Shown piece after piece: positions 45,140 through 55,202 of a DNA stretch of 64,000 nt. Positions within the stretch are counted from its first letter, which is position 1; each line of letters opens with the position of its first letter. This DNA comes from a virus: positions 96,001 through 160,000 of IMG/VR virus record IMGVR_UViG_3300048074_000120. The stretch is one strand, 5' to 3'. The translations under genes and the position numbers were made by a program. The notes under the pieces were generated by a model. It was not told where the DNA came from. It saw nothing but the letters and a program-made list of their open reading frames with translations, and ran no database searches.

Positions 45140-45352
45140 TTACCCCGAGTCATCCTCAAGAAGTACATGGCCATTCTCGAGTGCAGTCATGATGCCCTGT
45201 ACAGTGGGCTCTTCGCAGGAAGGGCATTCGTAGCCATCGGCATCAGGCTCAATTCCGTGCGCAGTGGCATTGCAGCTCGTGCAGATGCCTTCCATATTGT
45301 CCTCTCGACGATGGTATTCCTCGAGAGTGATTATTTGCGTGTTGTCAGCCAT
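45140..45352 (-). CDS. Small Zn-ribbon protein
   Basis: CTSC..EPDADGYECPSC. Confidence 0.7.
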   Translation of the reverse strand: MADNTQIITLEEYHRREDNMEGICTSCNATAHGIEPDADGYECPSCEEPTVQGIMTALENGHVLLEDDSG

Positions 45353-45635
45353 TACGTCGACCTTCCTCTTGCAGTATGGCGTCAGTAGCCCACTGCATGT
45401 CATCGCGCAAATGGTTCAAGCGCTCTTGAGCCTTTGCGATCTCAATCTTCTTATCCAGGTTTTGCCGCGCAACTTGCTCGAGGGTATCGGCAACGACCTT
45501 GGCCGCTTTGGTCTTGAGGAAGCTTTTGAGGAAATCACAGGGAGGAGCCAGGATGCCTCTGGCTTGAATCTCCTCGGCAATCTCCTCAAGGACATTTAGG
45601 TCGTCAGCCGCTGTCGTCCTTGGCATCCTTGGCAT
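45345..45635 (-). CDS. Coiled-coil hypothetical protein
   Basis: Co-oriented, helical. Confidence 0.55.
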   Translation of the reverse strand: MPRMPRTTAADDLNVLEEIAEEIQARGILAPPCDFLKSFLKTKAAKVVADTLEQVARQNLDKKIEIAKAQERLNHLRDDMQWATDAILQEEGRRNG

Positions 45636-45924
45636 CCTCTTGCTCCACGGTGTATTCAGCGAGCTTTTCCTCTTCCTGCAGCTTTTGCAGGTGTCGAGCT
45701 ATTGCATTGACTGCCCGTTGTAGCTCCCTGGGGCGCTCGTCTTCTTCGAAGATTCCATCGCCCCGAGGAGAGCTCCAATAGACCACGTCACCACCGATAT
45801 CTGGGCAGTGGACAGAGAAGTATCCATGTCGCAGGCGAAGACAGGCCACATGCTCTTCGCCCACGTAAGCCTCATAGGCCTCCGGGCACGCTATACCCAC
45901 TTGAACTAGTCTGATATTGAGCAC
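45604..45924 (-). CDS. Hypothetical phage protein
   Basis: ACPEAYEA..VACLRLRHGYFSV; SD AGGAG. Confidence 0.7.
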   Translation of the reverse strand: MLNIRLVQVGIACPEAYEAYVGEEHVACLRLRHGYFSVHCPDIGGDVVYWSSPRGDGIFEEDERPRELQRAVNAIARHLQKLQEEEKLAEYTVEQEDAKDAKDDSG

Positions 45925-45930
45925 GGGTCG

Positions 45931-46329
45931 TCACTCCTTGTCGTCAGTGAAGACAGGACCACTGACGTTTGTGTTGGTGGCAATTCGCTTGAGGTCTCCG
46001 AACGCGGTGTCAATAGCTTCCTGCGCCTGGTCGATGTCAAAATCTTCTTCCAGAGCTGATTTGTCACAGATGCCGTGCTTGGCCATGAGCTCAAGCGCCC
46101 ATTGCTTCCATTCAGCAGCCTGCCTGGCTTCGAGCGTCAACTGCTCGAACTCCTCGATATATACTGGTCCTAGGCGACGAATACTCTCGCCAAGGACTGA
46201 GCGTCGAACATCACGCATCATCTGATCCATGTTGCCTCTAGTGGTAATCTTGGCGACAAGATCCAGAGCCTCCTCTGGCAAGTCGCATTCTATGCTGACG
46301 TTTTTGGTGAGTTTGACTCGGTGGGGCAC
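45931..46329 (-). CDS. Hypothetical protein
   Basis: SD AAGGAG. Confidence 0.65.
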   Translation of the reverse strand: MPHRVKLTKNVSIECDLPEEALDLVAKITTRGNMDQMMRDVRRSVLGESIRRLGPVYIEEFEQLTLEARQAAEWKQWALELMAKHGICDKSALEEDFDIDQAQEAIDTAFGDLKRIATNTNVSGPVFTDDKE

Positions 46330-46460
46330 TGCGGCTCCTTCTCAGGCTGTGGCTCCTCAAGTCGAGCGCTACCACAGGTGGCTGGCTTCTTCCCGAGCTC
46401 GCAGGTCCAAGGTTTATTTCTCGCGTAATAGTAGACGCAACCGTCGCACGGGGAGCTCAT
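46290..46460 (-). CDS. Small Cys-rich protein
   Basis: CDGC..C..C; SD GGAGG before ATG 46460. Confidence 0.5.
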   Translation of the reverse strand: MSSPCDGCVYYYARNKPWTCELGKKPATCGSARLEEPQPEKEPQCPTESNSPKTSA

Positions 46461-46696
46461 GCCGCCCTCCTTTGCAGTGCCAAGTGCTCGCAGTGCGGGC
46501 ACAGGGTAAGCCCTGAGCGGATGCTGGCTCTAAGCGAATTGCTCGTGCGTAGCAACAGGTGACTGCCATCGCACAACACCCAAAATGCCGAAAGCCAAGT
46601 GGCCTTCCCGGTTCGCCTTGGCTGAGGTACGGATCCTGCCCGCTTGAGTACAGTGAATTTACCGATAGCTTGTCCCTCCACGATGGTGGGTTTCAT
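46457..46696 (-). CDS. Small Zn-finger protein resembling homing-endonuclease N-terminal domain
   Basis: IGKFTVL..FWVLCDG..CPHC. Confidence 0.55.
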   Translation of the reverse strand: MKPTIVEGQAIGKFTVLKRAGSVPQPRRTGKATWLSAFWVLCDGSHLLLRTSNSLRASIRSGLTLCPHCEHLALQRRAA

Positions 46697-46716
46697 ATAG
46701 TCACATCCTTTATTGA

Positions 46717-47862
46717 TTACGTGCCCTTCTCCCTGAGACCAATGCCCACTGGGAACCGAGGCACTCCTTCGTCAGTGAGCCCAAAGTGGCGCACTGTATA
46801 GGGTTTGCCAATCATGCTGTTTGCGTTTTGCTTCAAAAGAGCTCTGACCTCGTCAGTGCCCCGTGGGGTGACCTCGAAGGTTTTGCCCTTACTCGTCTTG
46901 CAGGTAAAGATGGGTACATTGGCAAACTTGCCCTTGCCTAGGCACCAGCCAGTGATGATGAATTCCCCATCGTCAAAGGACTTCACCTTCAGAAGGTCAG
47001 ACGAGCGGTACCCAATGCGGTACGTGCCTGAGTACGTGCGAACGATGGCCCCTTCGTAGCCTTCTCTCACAAACTGATCGTGCAGAGTCTTTACCATGTG
47101 CACGTTGGCCGCCGCATACGTCTGCACGGGCTTGATGAAATCAGGTAAGCCTTGTTCCTGCTCGTAATCGAACCAAGCCCTGAGGTTTGTACCACGCTCA
47201 GTCCAATCCTCAGCGCCCTGCAGGTCCAAGTGCACAAAGTCATAGACGTGATAGGCGAGTAGCTTGCTCTCCTCCTGCGAACGCTTCACTAGCGAGATGA
47301 TGTTCTGCAGGCTCATGCCGTGAACGTAGATCTCACCGTCGAGCATGTCGCCTTCATCGAGAATCTTTTCGAGCGCTCCGCGGATGTGCTCCACATCGTA
47401 TGGATCACCGCCACGACTGTGAAGCACCACGTGCTTTCCCTCTCTATAGGCAAGGCAGCGCACACCGTCGAACTTAGGCTGCACGGCGACGGGGTACTTG
47501 ACCTTGGCCTGCTTGTCATCGAACTTTGCAGCCAGCATGGGGCGGAGCTTTGGCCCCGTTGCTTCCTCGATATTTACGTAGTACTTCTTCTTGAGCTGCT
47601 TCTTCCACTTGGCGATGGCTTCGAGGCGAGCCTGCTCGACCGCAGTTGTGGCATTTGCACGTCCTACGTTCTTGCGCTCGCACTGAAAGACCGACGTCTG
47701 CAAAGCGCCGCCCTTTTGCCCCCAACGCACCACAACGCCGCTACCCTTATCGAGCCAGACCTCCCACGTGTTGATGGCCCCTGTGGCCGTCTTTGAATAC
47801 AAGGTTGGCAGCGCGTGCTCGCCATCCCACTCGTCAACGCTTTGTTCTGCTGTTTTTGGCAT
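46717..47862 (-). CDS. lig: ATP-dependent DNA ligase with N-terminal WGR-like domain
   Basis: QPKFDGVRC (motif I), LDGEIY, YHVYD, EGAIVR, LLKVKSFDDGEF, OB-fold RFP. Confidence 0.92.
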   Translation of the reverse strand: MPKTAEQSVDEWDGEHALPTLYSKTATGAINTWEVWLDKGSGVVVRWGQKGGALQTSVFQCERKNVGRANATTAVEQARLEAIAKWKKQLKKKYYVNIEEATGPKLRPMLAAKFDDKQAKVKYPVAVQPKFDGVRCLAYREGKHVVLHSRGGDPYDVEHIRGALEKILDEGDMLDGEIYVHGMSLQNIISLVKRSQEESKLLAYHVYDFVHLDLQGAEDWTERGTNLRAWFDYEQEQGLPDFIKPVQTYAAANVHMVKTLHDQFVREGYEGAIVRTYSGTYRIGYRSSDLLKVKSFDDGEFIITGWCLGKGKFANVPIFTCKTSKGKTFEVTPRGTDEVRALLKQNANSMIGKPYTVRHFGLTDEGVPRFPVGIGLREKGT

Positions 47863-48052
47863 TAGCTTGTACTTCCTAATCGTCTACGTCCGTGTTGTTG
47901 TAAATGAATCCATGCCCGTTGCGCACGCACTTGTACTGCGTCCGTTCAGACCCTCGAGCAATCACATACGATTTGGATTTGCATAGAGGGCAGGGCGGCC
48001 GTGGCAGTGCCCATCGAACGACGTGTGCCAATCCCCAGGGCACCCACAGTCT

Positions 48053-48442
48053 CTACAAGCCATCGGGAGCGCTTAGCCCCTGGCAATGATACGAGTACGC
48101 AAGCTCTGAGCGCACCGAGAAAGACCAAATGCGTCCCTCTGAGTCTTCAACCCAAATTACGCGCTCTACTTGATACCGATCTGGGTGTTGCTCTGCGTAC
48201 CAAACAGCGGCATCTAATGCAGTGAATCTTTCCACATGGAGCTTAGGCCCGCTCTCGGCCCAGCAGGTGTACTCACGGGTCTCAGAGGCTTTCACGCGCC
48301 CGTTGTGTGCATGCTCAGCCATGTGGAGGAATCTTTTGGCATCCTCAAGCACCTTGTGAAACAGATGACCGCCAAGGTGGTGACGTACTTGCCACCAAAG
48401 CACGTTCATGTGCATTACAGCGTGTTGTTCGTGTTCATTCAT
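48053..48442 (-). CDS. Hypothetical protein
   Basis: SD GAGG; coupled. Confidence 0.6.
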   Translation of the reverse strand: MNEHEQHAVMHMNVLWWQVRHHLGGHLFHKVLEDAKRFLHMAEHAHNGRVKASETREYTCWAESGPKLHVERFTALDAAVWYAEQHPDRYQVERVIWVEDSEGRIWSFSVRSELAYSYHCQGLSAPDGL

Positions 48443-48885
48443 GTTGGCCTCGTTCCTAAATAGTCGCCCAGGTAGGCTTCGACGTATCGATTCAGCTCAA
48501 TACCCGCCGTTACCCGATCATCATAAGGCCCATGCTCTATATCGGCCTCATCGTAGAACCACCACTTGCCTTCGTGCTCATAGGGGTTTGGTCTGCGTTG
48601 ATGCTCAGCATCGATGGCGAACTTACGAATCCTTCGGGATTCGGCAACTAGCTTGTAGTAGCCGTTGTACCTGCCGACGCGTTCAACCGCAGAGAAGTTC
48701 GACAACCGGTCATTTACCTTGTCCACCAAGAGGTTCATGGCCTCTAGCTCGTGCAGGCCTTGGGCTTCAAGTGTTTCACCAAGCGGTGGAAACATCGTGT
48801 ATGCCCTGAAGGGAGCTGCCCTGTTGTTTGGTGAGTACGTCACATAGATGTCCAGCAGGGACTTCAAGCGGTCATCAAAAGCCAT
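48439..48885 (-). CDS. Hypothetical protein
   Basis: SD AAGGAG; coupled. Confidence 0.65.
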   Translation of the reverse strand: MAFDDRLKSLLDIYVTYSPNNRAAPFRAYTMFPPLGETLEAQGLHELEAMNLLVDKVNDRLSNFSAVERVGRYNGYYKLVAESRRIRKFAIDAEHQRRPNPYEHEGKWWFYDEADIEHGPYDDRVTAGIELNRYVEAYLGDYLGTRPT

Positions 48886-49325
48886 TAGTTGAGCTCCTTG
48901 GTATCTCGCCTCAGGTGGTCACAGCCAAGGCAGGGTTCGCACTCAGCCGCATCACAGACCAACACAGGGTCACTGATGTGTCGAAACTTGACGGGCTGCA
49001 CCGGGTCAATCACGATTCCGTTATCCTCGCACCACTTGGTGTACTTCTCAGAGGGAGGGCCCACAAGCTCGTAGAGCGAGCTCAAAGTACGCACGATACG
49101 TCCCTCCGTGGTCAAAATGCGTGAAGTGATGATCTCTTCTCCAGCGAGTCGTACCTTTGTCGGGTACTGCGTGTCCTCGGCCTCCGGTGGAAGGCACGTG
49201 TTTTCTCCCCCAGTGGCAACAACCTCCCATTTGATGAGCTTGATAGGCACACGCACTGGAGCCACAAGCTTGACTCCTTGCGCGGTAAGTCGTTTGTACT
49301 CAGACTTTGAACGAGCTTTCCTCAT
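48885..49325 (-). CDS. Hypothetical protein
   Basis: Co-oriented; Cys-rich tail. Confidence 0.65.
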   Translation of the reverse strand: MRKARSKSEYKRLTAQGVKLVAPVRVPIKLIKWEVVATGGENTCLPPEAEDTQYPTKVRLAGEEIITSRILTTEGRIVRTLSSLYELVGPPSEKYTKWCEDNGIVIDPVQPVKFRHISDPVLVCDAAECEPCLGCDHLRRDTKELN

Positions 49326-49398
49326 AAATATGCCTGGGTGCCCATACAGGCCTGTTCGATGACCTTAGCAACATGCTCTTTCTCTTGGCTGGTCAACT

Positions 49399-50501
49399 TC
49401 ATTGAGAACTCCTATTCGCGTGGGCGTATTTGGTCTTCCCCAATACGCCTCGAAGTTTCTTGATAGCCCGTTGCTCTAGCTGCCTGGCACGCTCTCGAGA
49501 AAATCCGAGCTTTCGACCTAAGTCTGCCAAGCTCAATGGATCATCGCTCATAAGTCGATGCTCCACGATGATTTTCTCACGAGGGTCCAATAGCTCCAGA
49601 GCCTTGCCAACGATTCCGCTGCACGCTGCAGCTTGCTCCTGCAGTTCGATGCGACGCTCCGGCTCTATCTCGTCAGCAGCCAGCGTATCAAGAAGAGGCG
49701 CCGTTCCAAAAGATCTGGCGTCTAGCGATACGTCGTAGCACTCAAGTCTTTGTAATAACCCCTGTACTTGTTCAGGGGGCATATCCATGCGCCGTGTCAG
49801 CAGCTGCTCGATGGCATCTCGATCTTCTCCCACTATGTTTCGAGCCCTGATGAGCTCTCGACGTAGCTTGTATAGATCCTTGCTACGAACGAGTTCTTTA
49901 CCAAGAATGGTGCGGGACTTCTGGATGTATTTCGAGATTGATGCCTTGATCCACCAGGCTGCGTAAGTGACGAAGCGCAGCCAAAGTTGCCCTCGGCAAT
50001 GAGCGCCTCGATGGGATGCCCGCACTTGGGGAATAGGTAAGCAATCTGCACAACATGATGCAAGTGGCAACGAAGAATAAGGTTTCGTGCAGTGATGTCA
50101 CCGTCAACCTTCCATGCATGCCAGAGTTTGAACTCTTCCTCAGCACTCAGCCGATTACGGATGTCAAAGCGGTAATTACCAGCAACACCCGCCTTGGTGA
50201 TGACCGGTGCGGGCTCGGGCCCAATGGGCTCCAGCGCTGGTTTCTTTATGGTCTCAATCTTACCGATGGGCACAAAGCGCGGCTTGCGCTCGATGCTTTC
50301 TACAACTTGCATTTGCACATTCTCACCCCTGCGTCTTGCGTGGTGCGCTTTCATTGCGTCAGATCGGCTGATTTTGCCGACGTATTTGCACAGAGTCTCC
50401 CTGTGCATCCCGGTGACCTTCATGATGTACTGAAGGGAGTAACCGAGCCTTCTTAGCTCCTGTGCTTGTGCCACCTTCGCTGGGCTGGCGTAGTTAGACA
50501 T
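49399..50501 (-). pseudogene. RpoH/sigma32-like sigma factor with N-terminal HTH, split by an internal deletion and frameshift near 49980
   Basis: Frame 1 ends ..RLSAEEEF..GDITARNLI..PIEALIAEGNFG; frame 2 resumes LRFVTYAAWWIKA..DVSLDA..LDPREKIIVEHRL..LADLGRKLGFSRERARQLEQRAIKKLR; about 13 residues of region 2.2-2.3 missing. Confidence 0.8.
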
Positions 50502-50511
50502 GCCACCGTAA

Positions 50512-50700
50512 CTATGGCTTAGGTAGCTTCTCTAACTCAAGCATAGCCTTCACAACTGGCGGCACTGGCAACTTCACACCATCTCGCCCAACGGCCATGG
50601 GCCCGTCGAGGCCTTCACCATCGTTGTCGGGCTGAATAGTCCCGCTCTCTGGGTAGCATACCTTGCAATTGCCCAAGCCCAAGTTGTGTCTACAGCTCAT
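50512..50700 (-). CDS. Small hypothetical protein
   Basis: SD GAGG; CRH..CKVC. Confidence 0.55.
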   Translation of the reverse strand: MSCRHNLGLGNCKVCYPESGTIQPDNDGEGLDGPMAVGRDGVKLPVPPVVKAMLELEKLPKP

Positions 50701-50707
50701 GGTTACC

Positions 50708-51136
50708 TCATTTATTAGACTTCTCGTAGGCCACAGCTAACTTCATCTCTTGTACGACTGGGCTCACTTGAGCAAGACTTATGTTGAAGTAGGCGCTGTC
50801 AGAGGCGTACGCCGTAGGCCTTGCCTCATAGCCCTCCAATAGGGCTGCTTTGATGAAGGCCCCATTGGATATGTATTTTCTGCTGTGCGGCCACCTGTGC
50901 CGAAGCAGGGGAATCTTGTAATGGCTGTCCTTACCCTCCGTCCAGCTCTCAACCACATGTTTCAAGCTGTAGGAGGAATATTTCGTATTCATGGTCTTTC
51001 GCGGTGTGCAGTAAGCCCGTATCCATTCCCTACAGCACTCCACTTGATCATCTGCTGGGCGTGCAGGGTTTGGTGTAGGGGACTTCTCGGGGATTAGTCC
51101 GGCAAACCATACATCGTCAATGCTTATGCTTTGCAT
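50708..51136 (-). CDS. Hypothetical phage protein
   Basis: SSYSLKHVVE..YISNGAFIKAALLEGY. Confidence 0.7.
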   Translation of the reverse strand: MQSISIDDVWFAGLIPEKSPTPNPARPADDQVECCREWIRAYCTPRKTMNTKYSSYSLKHVVESWTEGKDSHYKIPLLRHRWPHSRKYISNGAFIKAALLEGYEARPTAYASDSAYFNISLAQVSPVVQEMKLAVAYEKSNK

Positions 51137-51159
51137 GACAGCTTTCCCATCATTGCCCC

Positions 51160-51609
51160 CTACCCTTCCTGGCTATTCCAGTAGTTTGGATCCTTCAATT
51201 GTTCTAAGGTCTTAGGGGATATACCCTTGCGAAAAAACGCATAATAGGTTTCTCCCAGATAATCCCCTGTGCGCCTTATCTCTACAGTGCACTTCAGCAG
51301 TTCTGCCTCGATCAATTCCCATATCTTGTAGGAAACACACTCCATGTCATCGCAGTCAGCGATCTCTGTGGTGACAGCATTTATCCTGAATTCAATGGCC
51401 TTACCCCAGTCAACCTTTATGTAGCCGCATCTGAATCGGTAGGTTTTCCAATCCTCAGTTGCGCTGTTGCGGACTAACCGGAGCACTCGTTTGAGTAACG
51501 CTCTCCCTCTTTTGTAGTTCTTTTTACCTTTGTGTATGACCAGCGTGTGGTGCCGCCAGTGCCATGAACCTTCGTTTTCGTAACGAACATCACCCATCCA
51601 ATCAAACAT
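51160..51609 (-). CDS. Hypothetical protein
   Basis: ATG overlaps upstream stop. Confidence 0.6.
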   Translation of the reverse strand: MFDWMGDVRYENEGSWHWRHHTLVIHKGKKNYKRGRALLKRVLRLVRNSATEDWKTYRFRCGYIKVDWGKAIEFRINAVTTEIADCDDMECVSYKIWELIEAELLKCTVEIRRTGDYLGETYYAFFRKGISPKTLEQLKDPNYWNSQEG

Positions 51610-54600
51610 CAGTAGCTTGTCCCTGACGTCACAATGTTGGCGCCAACAGGTATGTCGGGTGTTGCCGGGGAGTCGGCATCATCTGAGGTGAACTCGAAAT
51701 CCTTCTCGTCAGGGATAGTCCCAATGGTGGTCTGTCCCACGAGCTTGGTTCGATTGGTCTTTCGCATGGGCAGGTCCTTGGCCACGAGCTCCCGCGCGCT
51801 CTTGATGAGCGTGCCTGCGTAGCTAGTCCCTTCCATGTCGAGCCCAAAGAACGTGCTGAACTGCCCGCCCAGCAACAGATCGATGGCCCTGTCAGATCCC
51901 TTATTCCTGAAACTCGCCAATAATGCGTCAATCGAAGGCTCGATAGGTGAGACGTAACTGCCAAAGGCTGTCTCTAGTGTAGCCAGGCTGTCTTGCAGCA
52001 GCTGCAGCTGGGTGTTGGCGGTTGCAATCTCAGCCACCGATGGTCTTGCGTTGAGCAGCACAGGGTTGAGAAAGCGGGCCAGATCCCTGAAGAACTGCGT
52101 TTGCTGAGGCGCTGCCGCAAGCCAGCCATCGAGGCCTTCTTTGAGCGTCTGGTAGTTGGCCACCTTGGCGACTCGAATGAGCGCAAAGGGCGGGTTCACG
52201 TTGTCCTTGAACTGGTAGTTCGCTGTGGACTCAATCTCGGGCGTTATCTTGAGCACATTGAGGCTTGCCGACGTGGTCGAATCCACGATGGTAAATTGCC
52301 GGGTGATGGTCTCGATATCCGTTTGGTAGATGAGGATAAGGTCTCTATCTTCGACGCTACTTGGCCAGCTGTTGAAGTGCAGGTACGGCGTTGTGCCATA
52401 GGCCGTGGCGGGCAGGCTCGAGGTGAAAAAGAAGTACTCAGCCCCTAGCGTCCCTGGTTGATTCTCGACACGCACGTGGCTTGCGATCTGCTGCAGGCGG
52501 CTCCCAAAGGAGAGGAACTCTGCCCCGAACTCCACATCGAAGGACACCGTGTTCGTCCCATCCCGCGGCACTGGCAGGGCATTCTCGACGGGCACTTCAA
52601 AGGAGCATGTGGTGCCTACACCTTGCGCGTCCCTCACCGGATAGCGCCCTTGGTTGTTCCCACTTGTGATGTTGAGCACGTCACCGAAGTGAAAGATGAA
52701 GTTAGGGCCAACCTCAATCCCGACGGCACCTGCTGTCACTGAGGAGGTGAACCACACGGTGATGGTCGTATCCGTGTGGCTTGCAATGATGCCCTCGAGG
52801 TTTATGTCAGCGGTTGTATTCGTTGAGAGAATCACCAAGTAGTCGAAGAACCCTATGCCTGATAGGTCGGTGCCTGGGCTCGCCGTAAAAGTGACCGTTG
52901 TACCTCCCGTGATGGTGCCCTCAGCTTGAAGCTTCGAGAGCACCACAATGCTTGCGTCTGTGGTGCTTGAGCGCGCCCTGCCTGAATAGTGCGTGGGCTT
53001 GAACACAGCCGAGGCGGCAATCGTTGAAGTGGATGCATTGAGGTTGCTCGCGATGTCTTTGGCTGCCACCGGACGAGAGCGTGACTCCATGCCGGGGATC
53101 CACCCAAGGGTCGAGGCGCCATTGCTCATGGCCGCGGTGGTATTGAGCAGGCGAATCGATCGGCGCAGCGACAGGCTTTGCTCGGCATCAGTGTCCACCA
53201 AGTTGAGTGAGCGCGCAGCAGGGCCAATCTTGACTTCGATGTCATTGGGCAAGGAGACAGGAGTCACTGGGGCTGAGCCATGGGCATCGACGTAAGTCGC
53301 TGATACGCCAGTAACGGTCCATGTAGTTCCCGCATTGGGCCCCGTCACGATGTCAATCTCATCGCCAATCACCACGCCAAGCCCAGAGAGCGACCCGCCA
53401 AGCAGGGTAAAGCGGGCATTGTTGCCTCCAAGGGAGGCCACAGTAACGAGCGAGTTGAATCTGAGGGGGTAAAAAGCGCGCTTGCAGACGAGCCCTGTGC
53501 CCGCCAATGCTGCATTGATTTCAGCAGCAATGGCGGTTGAACTGCGTGAACCCCCAGTGGTGAGGGTCACGTCAATGGTCAGGGGAGAGGGCGCATTCGG
53601 ATCATCGAACTGAATCCTCAACTTGTTATTCGAGGCAATCTCGGTGTCGAGAATGATGGTGAAGGGCTCTTGGAGCGTCCCGATGATGTTTGCCACATAG
53701 CCCAGTGGCATTGGGTAATCGAGAAAAGACCCACCATCGAGCGTCAGGCGCACGAACTGGTTTGCCTTTGTGATCGCGTAGGGCCCAGGGATGTCGCTCA
53801 CTACAACCGCGGGAGTCGAGAGATTGATGGCATCGCTGTAGGCAGAGCCAATGCCCTGCACGGAAATAAACTCGCCCGGGGCCAGAGCGCTGCCGAATTT
53901 CTTTACAATGGACCGCTGAGTGAGCAGGTCGAGCATGATTTCACGCAGGTTGGTCAGGCGCGTGTTCTCGTCTTGGGCGGCCAGAGTCTCGTAGTGCCCC
54001 TTGAGCACATCGCTCGAGCGGGAGATGACTCCCTGCGCTGTGGCCTGGGGCAAGTTCATGGCGCCAAAGTCCGCCATGGCATTGGCAAGCAGCCTGACCC
54101 GGGCGATGAGGTCTTGGTGCTGGGTCTGCATGCTGGTCACGAGGGCTGGGATTTTCGCCCGAGCCCCGGCGGGGGTGTCCGTGACGCTGGACGTAGTGAC
54201 CACCTCGAGGGTGTCCGGGTCAACGGAGGTAGAGACGCCCTTGATGTTGTCGCCCCCTGCATTGACGAACTGGGTGATGGAGCTCGCGTACCTCTGGTAG
54301 GCAGGGACTTGGAGGATGTCCTGGAAGCCCTCGCTGCGGTTGGCTACAGCGCTTCCTAGGGCCTCGAGAGCAGCATTGGCGTTAGCTAGGGGCGATATGT
54401 CGCTAATGGGGCTGGTGAGCTTGCCTGTAGCCCTTACGGCATCCATGAGCTGGGAGATGGTTTGGGCTTGGGTACTCGCGTAATCAGCGACTCTTGTAGT
54501 CCCCAGCTTGATGCAATAGAAGGGGGCATTGTAATAGAGAACAAAGACCCCCGCAGCTGCCTCCTGCAGCTCATTGAAGGACGTCTTCGTGTCTCTGTTC

Positions 54601-54686
54601 CCGAGAATACCCGTAGGATGGTCCACCGAGGAGCGGACAATCTTACTGACGGCGGCGTTTACTTCTTCTGGGGTGTAGTTAGCCAT
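51609..54686 (-). CDS. Large virion structural protein, 1025 aa
   Basis: Shares GDxIxIxxGxNxG and AAEINAA modules with the baseplate protein at 9991-13971. Confidence 0.65.
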   Translation of the reverse strand: MANYTPEEVNAAVSKIVRSSVDHPTGILGNRDTKTSFNELQEAAAGVFVLYYNAPFYCIKLGTTRVADYASTQAQTISQLMDAVRATGKLTSPISDISPLANANAALEALGSAVANRSEGFQDILQVPAYQRYASSITQFVNAGGDNIKGVSTSVDPDTLEVVTTSSVTDTPAGARAKIPALVTSMQTQHQDLIARVRLLANAMADFGAMNLPQATAQGVISRSSDVLKGHYETLAAQDENTRLTNLREIMLDLLTQRSIVKKFGSALAPGEFISVQGIGSAYSDAINLSTPAVVVSDIPGPYAITKANQFVRLTLDGGSFLDYPMPLGYVANIIGTLQEPFTIILDTEIASNNKLRIQFDDPNAPSPLTIDVTLTTGGSRSSTAIAAEINAALAGTGLVCKRAFYPLRFNSLVTVASLGGNNARFTLLGGSLSGLGVVIGDEIDIVTGPNAGTTWTVTGVSATYVDAHGSAPVTPVSLPNDIEVKIGPAARSLNLVDTDAEQSLSLRRSIRLLNTTAAMSNGASTLGWIPGMESRSRPVAAKDIASNLNASTSTIAASAVFKPTHYSGRARSSTTDASIVVLSKLQAEGTITGGTTVTFTASPGTDLSGIGFFDYLVILSTNTTADINLEGIIASHTDTTITVWFTSSVTAGAVGIEVGPNFIFHFGDVLNITSGNNQGRYPVRDAQGVGTTCSFEVPVENALPVPRDGTNTVSFDVEFGAEFLSFGSRLQQIASHVRVENQPGTLGAEYFFFTSSLPATAYGTTPYLHFNSWPSSVEDRDLILIYQTDIETITRQFTIVDSTTSASLNVLKITPEIESTANYQFKDNVNPPFALIRVAKVANYQTLKEGLDGWLAAAPQQTQFFRDLARFLNPVLLNARPSVAEIATANTQLQLLQDSLATLETAFGSYVSPIEPSIDALLASFRNKGSDRAIDLLLGGQFSTFFGLDMEGTSYAGTLIKSARELVAKDLPMRKTNRTKLVGQTTIGTIPDEKDFEFTSDDADSPATPDIPVGANIVTSGTSY

Positions 54687-54708
54687 GCGTATTATCCTTG
54701 CAGTACAA

Positions 54709-55200
54709 TCAGGCTGTCTTTCGACATCTATTATGCACGATGTGGGCGATTTGCCCTTTTGTAACTCCGTAATGCTTTGCTAAGGAAAGATAGGAACCGT
54801 CCTTCGCCGCATGCTTGACTCTAATCTCAACTACATCGGCGTCTGCCAGCTTCACTTTACCGTGCTTCTCCCCTAAGCTCACCCCGTATGCCTGTCGGCC
54901 CTTATCCAGCATGTCGTGAACATTGTCTGCACGAGTGCCCTCAAACAGGTGCTCTGGTCTAACACAAGAAGTTACATCGCACCTATGAAGACAACACGGC
55001 CTTGGCCACGCGCCATGGGTAATGAGCCAGGCCATGCGGTGCGCAAATTCATAACCTCCATTGACAGTAAATGTGCCATAGCCATGCTTGTTGATGCCAG
55101 CAGTCCATAGCCAACATCGAGTCTTCAATACCGGGTGAATCGGGCCAAACTTATTGACCTTGGCCCAGAATCTCTTCAGTAATTTTTGAGTTAGTATCAT
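54709..55200 (-). CDS. HNH homing endonuclease with C-terminal HTH (paralog C)
   Basis: RFWAKVNKFGPIHPVLKTRCWLW..AHRMAW..LHRCDVTSCVRPEHLFEGT..DN. Confidence 0.9.
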   Translation of the reverse strand: MILTQKLLKRFWAKVNKFGPIHPVLKTRCWLWTAGINKHGYGTFTVNGGYEFAHRMAWLITHGAWPRPCCLHRCDVTSCVRPEHLFEGTRADNVHDMLDKGRQAYGVSLGEKHGKVKLADADVVEIRVKHAAKDGSYLSLAKHYGVTKGQIAHIVHNRCRKTA

Positions 55201-55202
55201 TT

